This document shows, one piece after another, positions 1 to 8,021 of a stretch of DNA of 64,000 nt; positions within the stretch are counted from its first letter, which is position 1; each line of letters starts with the position of its first letter. A program made the position numbers and the translations under genes. The notes under the pieces are model-generated. The model was not told where the DNA came from. It searched no databases and worked only from the letters and a program-made list of their open reading frames with translations. Location of the stretch: positions 60,415 through 124,414 of the forward strand of contig CALJHX010000003.1 of assembly GCA_937770485.1 (NCBI GenBank). Reading direction: 5' to 3'. The DNA is from an uncultured Verrucomicrobiae bacterium. Its GTDB lineage: Bacteria > Verrucomicrobiota > Verrucomicrobiia > Limisphaerales > UBA1096.

Positions 1-40
1 TAGCTTTCGTTTGAGGTGATCCAGTCATTGAGTGGTTAAA

Positions 41-118
41 GGAGAATTGGTGGCGGGATTAAACCAACTCACTCCACCACTTGAACGCCTTTGGCGTTCT
101 GGTTCCACACCGTGCACA
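41..118 (+). repeat. Relic of the ankyrin-cassette 3' end plus conserved tail
   Basis: GAATTGGTGGCGGGATTAAACCAAC..CCACCACTTGAACGCCTTTGGCGTTC..GTTCCACACCGTGCACA aligns with the stop region and tail of the ankyrin gene at 36060-36131. It contains a GAACGCC/GGCGTTC 7-bp hairpin. Confidence 0.5.
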
Positions 119-394
119 ATTCTGTCGCCAAGCGGCCAACGTAGTTTTAATGTTCCTCCGTTTCCTTGAGTCCCATAACGTGTGCGATGGCGTGGTACGC
201 CTCGTGCAGAAACGTGTCGTGTATTCAGTCGTTATTGGACTGACGGTCAGCTAATCCGATGGACTGGGTTTACTCCGCTGCCTGCGAAGTTGCTGCTCTG
301 GAGTAATTGAAACGTCTGTAGCTCAACTAAAAGTCTTGCGGCAATTTGGCTCTGGTTTTAGTTTTTCAGCCCCCATTAAAGGGTTCCAAAAATA

Positions 395-1708
395 ATGTTT
401 TTCGTGCAAACAAACAAATTGAAATCAGTACTATATGCAGCCGCGTTGATCGTCAGCGCAGTAAGCGTACAGGCAGGTGACTGGACACAATACCGAGGGC
501 CAAATTTTGACGGATCCTCCTCCGAGAAACTGGAAATACACGCTTGGCCAAGCGGTGGAATTAAGGCCGTTTGGAGAACTCCCACCCGGCTTGGATTTGC
601 CTCGTTCGCCGTAGCCAAGGGGCGAGCGTTCACGATCGTTATGGAAGAGGTTGATGGTGTTAACCGCGAAGTCTGCCTCTCGCTTGACGGCAACACCGGC
701 AAAAAACTTTGGAGCCAAGTGCTAAATATCGCCAAGTACGACGGCGGCGGAAACAGTGGCGCTAAAGACAACAAAGGTGGCGACGGACCACGCACCACGC
801 CCTCCAGCGATGGTGATCGTGTTTACATCCTCGACGGACGCCTAACGTTGCACTGTCTAGATGCCCAAAACGGCAGCAACCTCTGGACAGTCAATCTCGT
901 CAAGAAACACAAAGCCAAATCGATTCGCTGGCAGAATGCCGCAGCTCCAATCCTCGACGGTGATTTGGTTTTTGTCTGCGGCGGCGGTGAAAAACAGTCA
1001 TTGTTGGCAATTAACAAGTTATCAGGCGAGACGGTATGGAGCGGAGAAAGCGATCAAATGACTCACGCCAGCCCGATTATAGCGGACATTCACGGTGAGC
1101 GTCAGGTTGTTTTCTTCACGCAAAAAGGCTTGGTCTCCTGCAACAGCAAGAGTGGCAAGGTCCTTTGGCGCGCGGCTCATCCGTTCAAGATTTCCACTGC
1201 TGCTTCGCCAATCGTTGAAGGCGATATCGTTTACTGTTCCGCAGGTTACGGCGTGGGAGCAGCGGCTTTTCGAGTCAGTAAAAATGGTGGCGAATATTCC
1301 ACCAAGCAACTCTGGCGCAAGCCCAACAAGTTGATGAACCACTGGAGCACCCCGGTCTGCATCGAGGGTCATCTTTATGGGATGTTTCAGTTCAAGGAGT
1401 ACGGTGACGGACCCCTCAAATGCGTTGAGTTGGAAACTGGCGAAATCAAGTGGTCGAAGTCAGGTTTTGGGCCGGGGGGGGTTATCCTCGTCGATGGAAA
1501 ACTGATCAGCACCAGCGATGCGGGCGAAGTGGTTGTCTCAAAAGCGATGCCAAAAGCATACAGCGAGATAGGCCGTTTCAAAGCCATCGACGGCAAGTGC
1601 TGGACTCACGCCGCTTACAGTAATGGGCAAGTCTACGTGAGAAGCACGAAAGAAGGAGTTCGCTACGACCTCCAAGGCAGCGTGGCGGTTCGCCGACTCA
1701 ACCGTTAA
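395..1708 (+). CDS. Secreted PQQ-like (BamB-like) beta-propeller repeat protein
   Basis: 437-aa ORF with an N-terminal signal peptide (..SAVSVQAGDW). It has the GDWTQYRGPNFDG opening and repeated ..G..W motifs typical of PQQ-like propeller proteins of PVC bacteria. Confidence 0.7.
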   Translation: MFFVQTNKLKSVLYAAALIVSAVSVQAGDWTQYRGPNFDGSSSEKLEIHAWPSGGIKAVWRTPTRLGFASFAVAKGRAFTIVMEEVDGVNREVCLSLDGNTGKKLWSQVLNIAKYDGGGNSGAKDNKGGDGPRTTPSSDGDRVYILDGRLTLHCLDAQNGSNLWTVNLVKKHKAKSIRWQNAAAPILDGDLVFVCGGGEKQSLLAINKLSGETVWSGESDQMTHASPIIADIHGERQVVFFTQKGLVSCNSKSGKVLWRAAHPFKISTAASPIVEGDIVYCSAGYGVGAAAFRVSKNGGEYSTKQLWRKPNKLMNHWSTPVCIEGHLYGMFQFKEYGDGPLKCVELETGEIKWSKSGFGPGGVILVDGKLISTSDAGEVVVSKAMPKAYSEIGRFKAIDGKCWTHAAYSNGQVYVRSTKEGVRYDLQGSVAVRRLNR

Positions 1709-1860
1709 TTATCTTGTTGCCTGCGAGGCGATTTTTTTCAGAGCGGGTGATGGTCTGGAAAGAGTTCAGTTTCTCGGGTGGGGTGCCTCCCGATGTTACC
1801 TGTAAAGAGCGTGAACTATAACGGCCTGTCGAACACAAAAGTAATCGGGTTGAGGACCTG
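1655..1860 (+). repeat. Left copy of a ~200-nt duplicated segment (3' end of the PQQ-like gene plus downstream spacer)
   Basis: CCGTTAATTATC..GTTGCCTG.GAGG..TTTTTTCAGAG.GGGT.. and ..GGAACTATAACG.C.T.T..AACAC recur at 37447-37650, at about 70-85% identity by eye. A weak hairpin plus T7 follows the stop codon. Confidence 0.6.
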
Positions 1861-1920
1861 ATAGGGATCAACCGCAAGGGTGATTTGGGGGTTATAGGCT
1901 TTGTGCTGAACTACAAACAC

Positions 1921-2213
1921 AGCTACCTGATGGACCTGGTGCTGACGTGGAGCAGTGCAGCCGGGGGGCTGTCAATCTTGTGAATGAGAGGGCTGGAAGT
2001 GTCGTGACTCCTTTGCATGTGGTGGCTGTGTATGGAAGCAGGGAAACAGCCGAACTGTTAATCGCCAAGGGTGCGGATGTGAATGCGAAGATAGAGCCTG
2101 AGTCGAGCACCGCTAGATTTTGTCGAATCTAAAGAACTCAAAGAAATTGCCTGCCTCCTTATAGCAAACACGGCGGCAAGACGGGTGCCGAATTGAAAGC
2201 TGAAGGGGAATAG
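1921..2213 (+). pseudogene. Ankyrin-repeat cassette pseudogene (frameshifted, lacks the signal-peptide end)
   Basis: ..GADV.., VTPLHVVAVYGSRETAELLIAKGADVNAK, then TPLDFVESKELKEIACLLI, then KHGGKTGAELKAEGE* lie in three different frames with an internal stop. Confidence 0.7.
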
Positions 2214-2234
2214 CCCAAACTGTCTCTAGGGAAA

Positions 2235-2257
2235 CAGTTAAAACACCTTGAAAACTG
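2235..2257 (+). promoter_or_regulatory. Conserved 23-nt motif CAGTTAAAACACCTTGAAAACTG, 28 nt upstream of the 2286 start
   Basis: The same motif, with 1-2 differences, occurs at 5180-5202 and 6677-6700, each time oriented toward a downstream start codon. It contains TTGAAA. Function is not established. Confidence 0.35.
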
Positions 2258-2285
2258 CGACAATGGGGATAATTGTTACCTCGCT

Positions 2286-4445
2286 ATGAAAACACCACTT
2301 TCAAATGAGTGCTGTCGGTTGGTGGAGAAGTTTTGTCTTTCGGCTTTGTTCTTTTCTTTCCATTCATCGTTCGCCGAAGATTCAAAACCGGAGTCCTCGA
2401 AAAAAGCGGTGCCCATCATTAAAGACGGGGAAACACGAGTCTCGCCGAGGTTTAAAGACTCCGACATGTGGATCCGCCACGATTTATGGGTTGAAACTGA
2501 TTTTGATTCCGATGGAGACGGCAAGAAGGATCGAATGCACGTGGATGTGACGCGTCCGCGGCAAACTGAAACCGAAGGCTTGAAGGTACCGGTGGTCTAT
2601 AACTCAAGTCCGTATTTCGCTGGCACCGCCAAACCGGTTCATGGTTTCATGTGGGACCCTAGGCAAGAACTAGGTGTGGATCCACTGAAACGGAGGAAGG
2701 CTCCATCGGCTAAACGGAAGGGCGAGCGACCGATCATCTCAAAAGGACACGTCAAGGATTGGGTGCCTCGCGGCTTTGCCGTCGTTCACTCGTCTTCGCC
2801 GGGTACAGGACTGTCGCAAGGGTGTCCGACAGTCGGCGGCGATAATGAATCGCTTGCCCCCAAGGCAGTAATCGACTGGCTAAACGGACGGGCGGCGGGA
2901 TACACGACAGTGGACGGCGATCAACCTGTCACCTCATGTTGGTCAACTGGCAAGGTAGGAATGATCGGTACGTCATATAACGGCACTTTGTGCCTGGCTG
3001 CTGCAACAACCGGCGTCGATGGCTTGGAGGCAATCATCCCGGTCGCGCCAAATACATCCTATTACCATTACTACCGATCCAACGGCTTGGTGCGCTCGCC
3101 CGGCGGTTACATGGGGGAAGACATCGACGTGCTGTACGACTTTATCAATAGTGGAGATCCTAATAAACGCGAATACTGTAACTCTAATGTTCGCGATAAA
3201 GCCATGGCTAGTGGAATCGATCGAGTAACCGGTGACTACAACAAATTTTGGGCTGGTCGAGATTACCTTAACGACTTGGAACCAGTAAAAGCTGCAGTGT
3301 TAATGTCGCATGCTTTTAATGATTGGAATGTGATGCCCGAACATAGCAACCGAATCTATCAAGCGCTCAAAGAAAAAGGCGTCCCACTCCAAGTGTATTA
3401 CCATCAGGGTGGTCACGGGGGACTGCCTCCCTTCAAATTGATGAACCGCTGGTTTACACGATATCTGCACGGCATCGAAAACAACGTCGAAAAAGACGCT
3501 CGAGCTTGGATCGTCCGAGAAGGGGAAGACAGAAATAAACCGAAACCCTACGACGATTACCCGAATCCGGCGGCATCCCCTGTCACCTTTAAACTTATTG
3601 CTGGTGCACCAGAAATGGGCAAGCTGACAATTGCAACGAATTCAAATCAGGGTACCGAAACAGTAGTCGACAACTTTTCATTTAACGGCTCGGCGCTAGC
3701 CCAGGCTGATTGGACAGAGCATCGGCTAATGTATTTAACGGAAAAACTGACCGAAGCCGTACATCTGTCGGGAACACCCCGAATCACGATCAAGTTGGCC
3801 TGTAATAAAACGACCGCAAATCTGTCAATCTGGCTGGTTTCCCTGCCTTGGAACGCCAACAAGAACGCCAAGATTACTGAAAATATTATCACACGCGGCT
3901 GGGCCGATCCGCAAAACCATCGCTCGCTGACTGAAAGCGAGCCGCTAGTGCCGGGGCATTTTTACGACATGACATTCGACCTGCAACCTGATGACCAAGT
4001 GATACCTGTGGGCCAACAGATCGGGTTGATGATCATGTCCAGCGATCGTGAGTTCACATTGCGACCAGATCCTGGTACCGAATTAACAATTGACCTAGAT
4101 GAGACAAGCATTCAGTTGCCTCTAGTCGGGGGCGCCAAAGCGTTTGCAAAGGCTGTCACTAAGAAGACACAAAAAAAGAATAACAAATCCAAGAAGACTG
4201 CCTCCTCTACCGTAAGCAATAGTGTAAGTAGTAGTGTAAGTAGTAGTGTAATTTATGTGGTCAAGGATACAGATAGAGGGGAATTGCATTACAAGAATGC
4301 AAACGGAGAGGCAGTGCTTAAGGTGATAAGTTCAGATGGCAAGGTGGTTTTTGACGGGTTGATCAACACAAAGAAGCAAAAGTCCAAGGTGCCAAGAGAA
4401 GCGATGAAGTGGTACGAGGAAGTGCACAGAAAAATAAAGAAATAA
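2286..4445 (+). CDS. Xaa-Pro dipeptidyl-peptidase (S15 family, PepX/CocE-NonD type) with an unusual ~105-aa C-terminal extension
   Basis: Signal peptide; DSDGDGKKDRMHVDVTRP..LKVPVVY.SSPY; nucleophile box GMIGTSYNGT; C-terminal beta-sandwich region. The tail is a Lys/Ser-rich linker plus a small extra domain. Confidence 0.8.
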   Translation: MKTPLSNECCRLVEKFCLSALFFSFHSSFAEDSKPESSKKAVPIIKDGETRVSPRFKDSDMWIRHDLWVETDFDSDGDGKKDRMHVDVTRPRQTETEGLKVPVVYNSSPYFAGTAKPVHGFMWDPRQELGVDPLKRRKAPSAKRKGERPIISKGHVKDWVPRGFAVVHSSSPGTGLSQGCPTVGGDNESLAPKAVIDWLNGRAAGYTTVDGDQPVTSCWSTGKVGMIGTSYNGTLCLAAATTGVDGLEAIIPVAPNTSYYHYYRSNGLVRSPGGYMGEDIDVLYDFINSGDPNKREYCNSNVRDKAMASGIDRVTGDYNKFWAGRDYLNDLEPVKAAVLMSHAFNDWNVMPEHSNRIYQALKEKGVPLQVYYHQGGHGGLPPFKLMNRWFTRYLHGIENNVEKDARAWIVREGEDRNKPKPYDDYPNPAASPVTFKLIAGAPEMGKLTIATNSNQGTETVVDNFSFNGSALAQADWTEHRLMYLTEKLTEAVHLSGTPRITIKLACNKTTANLSIWLVSLPWNANKNAKITENIITRGWADPQNHRSLTESEPLVPGHFYDMTFDLQPDDQVIPVGQQIGLMIMSSDREFTLRPDPGTELTIDLDETSIQLPLVGGAKAFAKAVTKKTQKKNNKSKKTASSTVSNSVSSSVSSSVIYVVKDTDRGELHYKNANGEAVLKVISSDGKVVFDGLINTKKQKSKVPREAMKWYEEVHRKIKK
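4212..4251 (+). repeat. 12-bp in-frame tandem repeat (GTAAGYARTAGT x3.3) encoding VSNS-VSSS-VSSS
   Basis: Direct reading gives gtaagcaatagt gtaagtagtagt gtaagtagtagt gtaa, inside the C-terminal linker of the peptidase. Confidence 0.85.
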
Positions 4446-4511
4446 AAGCTGAAGGGAAATAAAACACCTTCTACTCACAACAATCCCAGCCGTGCTAATG
4501 GTTGGGTGTGG
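4445..4511 (+). repeat. Decayed cassette junction (..KAEGK stop/start region plus signal peptide) with ATG mutated to ATA
   Basis: AAAGCTGAAGGGAAATAAAACACCTTCTACTCACAACAATCCCAGCCGTGCTAATGGTTGGGTGTGG compares with the intact junction GAAAGCTGAAGGCAAATGAAACACCTCCT(A/G)CTCACAACAATCGCAGCCGTGGTGCTGGTGGGGTGTGG at 34460 and 35405. Confidence 0.75.
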
Positions 4512-4621
4512 AAAACTCAGTAAGGTATCGAAAATATGGTGCGCTCGAAAGGGCTTAAACCTTCACGCCTTTTGGTCACAACCACCTCAAGATTGCATGC
4601 CTACCAATTCCGCCATGAGCG

Positions 4622-4903
4622 TCATTGATTACGATTTTTTATCCTCCAAAGGAATGGCAGATAGGCTGTCAGTAGTCCGAAGATCAAAGTGATCAAGATT
4701 GGTGTGAAATATTCATCAAGTTCTCCAATACGGAGTGATCCAATCAGAAGGATCATTTTGAAATTTTCGACAACCCCTTGCGCGATTTCGGGGTTAGGAA
4801 GGTTTTCCTCAATCAGGTAGGCCACGCAGGCGCAGTAGACGAGGAATCCCAAAAAACTACCCCCAAAAAAACATAGTAAAACGGCTAGTCCCTTAAGCAG
4901 CAT
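4622..4903 (-). CDS. Small hypothetical membrane protein
   Basis: 93-aa ORF with 2-3 hydrophobic helices. It starts 3 nt after the stop of the collapsed cassette ORF. No recognisable family. Confidence 0.35.
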   Translation of the reverse strand: MLLKGLAVLLCFFGGSFLGFLVYCACVAYLIEENLPNPEIAQGVVENFKMILLIGSLRIGELDEYFTPILITLIFGLLTAYLPFLWRIKNRNQ

Positions 4904-4906
4904 TGA

Positions 4907-5151
4907 TCAATATACGTTTATCCTTTGGTTTGCCAGATGAGGCGCGGATGAATAATTTCCGACACGCTGCCGATTCAACGAAAACGGTAGGCAACCCGCC
5001 ATTACTCCGGTTGAGATTGTTGTGAGTAGAAGGTGTTTCATTTCCCTTTAGCTTCCAATTCTTGACCCGTCTTGCCGCCGTGTTCTCGGAGGAGATCGGC
5101 GGTTATGCCCAATAGCGATGTGACTGCGAGTGTCAGGAGTGAGCGTTTCAC
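4907..5151 (-). pseudogene. Two collapsed mini-cassettes (37 aa and 44 aa) joined by an ATGA overlap
   Basis: The minus strand reads GTG..VKRSLLTLAVTSLLGITADLLREHGGKTGQELEAKGK*. This overlaps (ATGA at 5041-5038) MKHLLLTTISTGVMAGCLPFSLNRQ..*. Signal-peptide and tail modules are present and no ankyrin repeats remain. Confidence 0.6.
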
Positions 5152-5179
5152 TGTAAGCCAACAGTCAACCTAATGAGTT

Positions 5180-5202
5180 CAGTTTTCAAGGCGTTTTAAC
5201 TG
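5180..5202 (-). promoter_or_regulatory. Second copy of the 23-nt motif (CAGTTAAAACGCCTTGAAAACTG on the minus strand)
   Basis: Lies 28 nt upstream of the GTG at 5151 on the minus strand. Confidence 0.35.
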
Positions 5203-5212
5203 CTGTCACTAA

Positions 5213-5261
5213 GGCGGGTTGGTTGCTTCCACTCAGTTTTCCATTCTTCATTCGTCTAGCC
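5213..5261 (-). repeat. Degenerate cassette 3' end plus tail relic
   Basis: The minus strand GGCTAGACGAATGAAGAATGGAAAACTGAGTGGAAGCAACCAACCCGCC aligns with GGCAAGACGGGTGCAGAATTGAAAGCCGCTGGCAACTAAACCAACCCCC at 36040-36090. Confidence 0.5.
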
Positions 5262-5332
5262 ACCCCGGTTCGGGGCTTTGATCTTTCGTTTCCAGGAACA
5301 AGCCACTAGGCTATAGGCAAGAGCACAGCTTT

Positions 5333-5914
5333 ATGACGACAGGTGAAAAAGTTGAAAACTGGTTTGTCCCGCTATCGACTACGGACCTCACACTCCAGCA
5401 GGCGCATTCCCAACTCGATGAGTTCGGCCTCGAGCAGGAGGACGTACCACTAATCATTCAACTTGTAGAAAACCCCAAGTACGACCTGCCGGGCTTCGAT
5501 ATCTTCCATGGCGCGACCAACCTAGGTACGCACGACTACATCCATATCCTGCTCGGACGGGGAGTAATGATCAAAGACGAGGCGTTTGTGCTGGGTTTCA
5601 CAATGGGCAGCAGCAATCGAGTCACCACAACCGAAGAGAAAATATTCAGTTTTCTCACCAAATATATCTACCCAAAGAACTACCAGTTTACCGATCAGGA
5701 TCTGGATGTATTCAAGGATGCTGTAAGACTTGGCTTCATCTCAGACTGCCAGTCGCTGGCCAAAGTTGACTACAAAAAGTACATCGAATGGCCAGTGCAA
5801 AAAATCCGCGATGAAATCGGCCTAGAAGTGGATCTGCTCAAGGCCTACTACGCCATCGAGGCAAAGCGATATCCGCATATCAAGGAATGCACCCGCAACC
5901 TCATCGGCTTTTGA
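5333..5914 (+). CDS. Coq4-like protein (HDxxH-x11-E metal-binding signature)
   Basis: 193-aa ORF. THDYIHILLGRGVMIKDE fits the Coq4-family HDxxH-(x)10-13-E motif. There is no other family evidence. Confidence 0.45.
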   Translation: MTTGEKVENWFVPLSTTDLTLQQAHSQLDEFGLEQEDVPLIIQLVENPKYDLPGFDIFHGATNLGTHDYIHILLGRGVMIKDEAFVLGFTMGSSNRVTTTEEKIFSFLTKYIYPKNYQFTDQDLDVFKDAVRLGFISDCQSLAKVDYKKYIEWPVQKIRDEIGLEVDLLKAYYAIEAKRYPHIKECTRNLIGF

Positions 5915-5980
5915 GGCTCTGAATCAAAAAGAAGGATCAAGTTGCGAACGGGACTTGTGGCGGCAGTACCTAGTGATCCG

Positions 5981-6059
5981 GTTATCCAAAAGGACTAAAG
6001 TTTCGTTAGTCTGGAGGGGTTAATTATTTGCTCAATGTTGCTGTGTAAGCCAATGCCAG
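5981..6059 (+). repeat. Copy A of an ~80-nt intergenic element
   Basis: TTATCCAAA..GTTAGTCTGGAGGGGTTAATTATTTGCTCAATGTTGCTGTGTAAGCCAATGCCAG. Copy B at 18305-18386 is about 85% identical by eye. Confidence 0.6.
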
Positions 6060-6120
6060 TTCACAGTCAAGCGGTCAAAAAGGTAATGGTTTAATTATTA
6101 CCGTATAATAAAATCGCTAC

Positions 6121-6165
6121 GGCGTTCAAGTGGTGGAGAGGGTTGGTTTAGTTTCCTTTAACTCG
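6121..6165 (-). repeat. Cassette 3' relic with an internal deletion (..SLLR-VKGN*) plus tail
   Basis: The minus strand reads CTCTTGCGAGTTAAAGGAAACTAAACCAACCCTCTCCACCACTTGAACGCC. The tail matches 36078-36105 and 61-90. Confidence 0.55.
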
Positions 6166-6365
6166 CAAGAGACTCTTAATCAAAAGGTAAATTGTCTGCT
6201 CCAATGAACATGGCAGCGATTCCTCACTTCCCATTAAATTCGGTAACATTGTAAAACGCATCAGTCGTCAATAACCTCTTTCCATCTTTGGTCATCCGAC
6301 TGAAATTAAGCCGTGCGATTCCTTTTTTCGGGGAATCATAAATAACTTCCATTTTATTGACTACA

Positions 6366-6611
6366 CTACGATCCACCGGTCGCTCGCAATTTGGAAAAAT
6401 CGACTAATTGCGGGGACGGTTCGTCCGACCACTCAACTTCAGGACTCATTACACGAACAAAAGGGAAGTGATGGTATTTTTTTAAAACGACTGGTTCACT
6501 ACCGCTAAAACCATCAATAAGCTCGCGGTAAAATCTCATAAACTCTCGCGTGGCAGTGGACTGTTTTTGGCTCGGTGGACTCACTTTTGTGTGACTGCAA
6601 ACGGTAAGCAT
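6366..6611 (-). CDS. Hypothetical protein, possibly disrupted
   Basis: 81-aa ORF preceded by the 23-nt motif. A further 42-aa ORF (MEVIYDSPKKG..) follows at about 6210-6338. No family recognised. Confidence 0.3.
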   Translation of the reverse strand: MLTVCSHTKVSPPSQKQSTATREFMRFYRELIDGFSGSEPVVLKKYHHFPFVRVMSPEVEWSDEPSPQLVDFSKLRATGGS

Positions 6612-6676
6612 ACAACTGATCGTAAAGATTAGGATTAGATTGGGTTTAATAGAGCATTAATTTTCAACCCTTTACA

Positions 6677-6700
6677 CAGTTTTCAAGGCGTTTCTAACTG
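6677..6700 (-). promoter_or_regulatory. Third copy of the 23-nt motif (CAGTTAGAAACGCCTTGAAAACTG on the minus strand)
   Basis: Lies 66 nt upstream of the minus-strand start at 6611. Confidence 0.35.
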
Positions 6701-6818
6701 ATTGCTCAGAACTAGGAGCAAAATTATGGTCTGATAAATCGCCTCTCGAAATTTAGATTAATTTTCTAGTTTATCTTGAATAACGATCACCACAACCGGC
6801 AGTATTTGCGATGTAAAC

Positions 6819-7928
6819 GTGAGGCTCATAAATATTATTTTGTTTTTTGCAGTTGCTACGGTTCCCTTTGGACGAGCGGAAAAATCCGTCATTAAACATG
6901 TTGTCATAGAGCCTGCCACAGCTCAGACGCCTCGAAGCGATACCGCCTCGGTTATCTCGCTGCCTAATGGTCTATTAATGGTGGCATATCATAAATACCA
7001 TCGAGGAAAAGAGGCTGGTAATGATCACGGTTTGTGCACAGTTTGGTCTAAAACCAGTGCAGACAACGGTCTTACATGGCATTCACCTCGCCGTTTGGTC
7101 GATGTGGCCAAGGGCGATATGAATGTGCAGGCTCCGGCTCTCTTGCAGGCCAAATCTGGTGAACTATTTTTGATCGCACTTCGCGCTCATAAAGGCGGAA
7201 ATAGTAGCACAATGAGTCTGTTCGTTTCACGCGATGCTGGCATAACCTTCACTGATATGCCGCCGGTGTGGGAACGTTCAAAAGGGCAGTTTCTTCAAGG
7301 TGGTGCTAGTTGTCTGATCGAATTGGCAGGAGGCCGTTTACTGCTTCCATTTCACGGGGGGATCGGAAACCAGTGGCGACAAAAAAACTCGGCCGGATGT
7401 TTTTTTAGCGATGACAAAGGTGAAACGTGGGAACGCTCGTCTATTATCAAACTACCCAAACGCGGTGCTATGGAAGCCTCTGTTGCCGAACTCACGGATG
7501 GATCGTTGCTGATGTCCCTTAGGACTCAACTCGGTGGCCCGTATATCGCACGATCTAATGATCGTGGCAAAACATGGAGCATGGCGGCTTTCAGCGGTCT
7601 GGAAGGAGGCGAGTCAGGCACTTGTCTGCGGCGAGTTCCAGGGAGCGACCGCGTGGTTTTATTCTGGAACAACAGTCAGTTCAATCCCAAACATCATCAC
7701 TTAGGTGAACGCACTCCGCTGACCGCTGCCATATCAGATGACGATGGCATAAGCTGGCGCAAGCTAGGTAACATTGGAGAAAACCCAAAAGCCGAATATA
7801 CCAACCTCGACTGCTATTTCACGAAGACAGGTGATGCAATTTTAACCTATATGTATGCTGAGCCTGCATGGAACAGGAAAGCTATCCACTTAAAAGCTGC
7901 CCTCATTCCAGAAGATTGGTTCAAGTAA
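6819..7928 (+). CDS. BNR/Asp-box repeat exo-alpha-sialidase-like beta-propeller (GH33-like)
   Basis: GTG start and signal peptide. Five Asp-boxes: SADNGLTW, SRDAGITF, SDDKGETW, SNDRGKTW, SDDDGISW. Confidence 0.8.
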   Translation: MRLINIILFFAVATVPFGRAEKSVIKHVVIEPATAQTPRSDTASVISLPNGLLMVAYHKYHRGKEAGNDHGLCTVWSKTSADNGLTWHSPRRLVDVAKGDMNVQAPALLQAKSGELFLIALRAHKGGNSSTMSLFVSRDAGITFTDMPPVWERSKGQFLQGGASCLIELAGGRLLLPFHGGIGNQWRQKNSAGCFFSDDKGETWERSSIIKLPKRGAMEASVAELTDGSLLMSLRTQLGGPYIARSNDRGKTWSMAAFSGLEGGESGTCLRRVPGSDRVVLFWNNSQFNPKHHHLGERTPLTAAISDDDGISWRKLGNIGENPKAEYTNLDCYFTKTGDAILTYMYAEPAWNRKAIHLKAALIPEDWFK

Positions 7929-7944
7929 ACATCGGATTATGGGT

Positions 7945-7978
7945 CAACTAACCCGTCTTGCTGCCGTGTTTGAGTGGA
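7945..7978 (-). repeat. Cassette 3' relic (..LKHGSKTG*) 43 nt downstream of the S9 peptidase stop
   Basis: The minus strand reads CCACTCAAACACGGCAGCAAGACGGGTTAG. Confidence 0.5.
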
Positions 7979-8021
7979 AACACTGCAACCATGGAGTGAT
8001 CTAGAGTGTTCAGTGAACGTA

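Noticed and set aside
4212-4251. The 12-bp repeat as an on/off phase-variation switch.
   Set aside because: The unit length is a multiple of three, so slippage changes linker length but cannot shift the frame. At most it gives length polymorphism.
4492-4692. A 66-aa ORF beginning MLMVGCGKL.. that looks like a lipoprotein.
   Set aside because: Its N-terminus is only the leftover lipobox of a decayed cassette junction (ATG mutated to ATA upstream). The rest overlaps the minus-strand membrane ORF and has no ankyrin or other motif.
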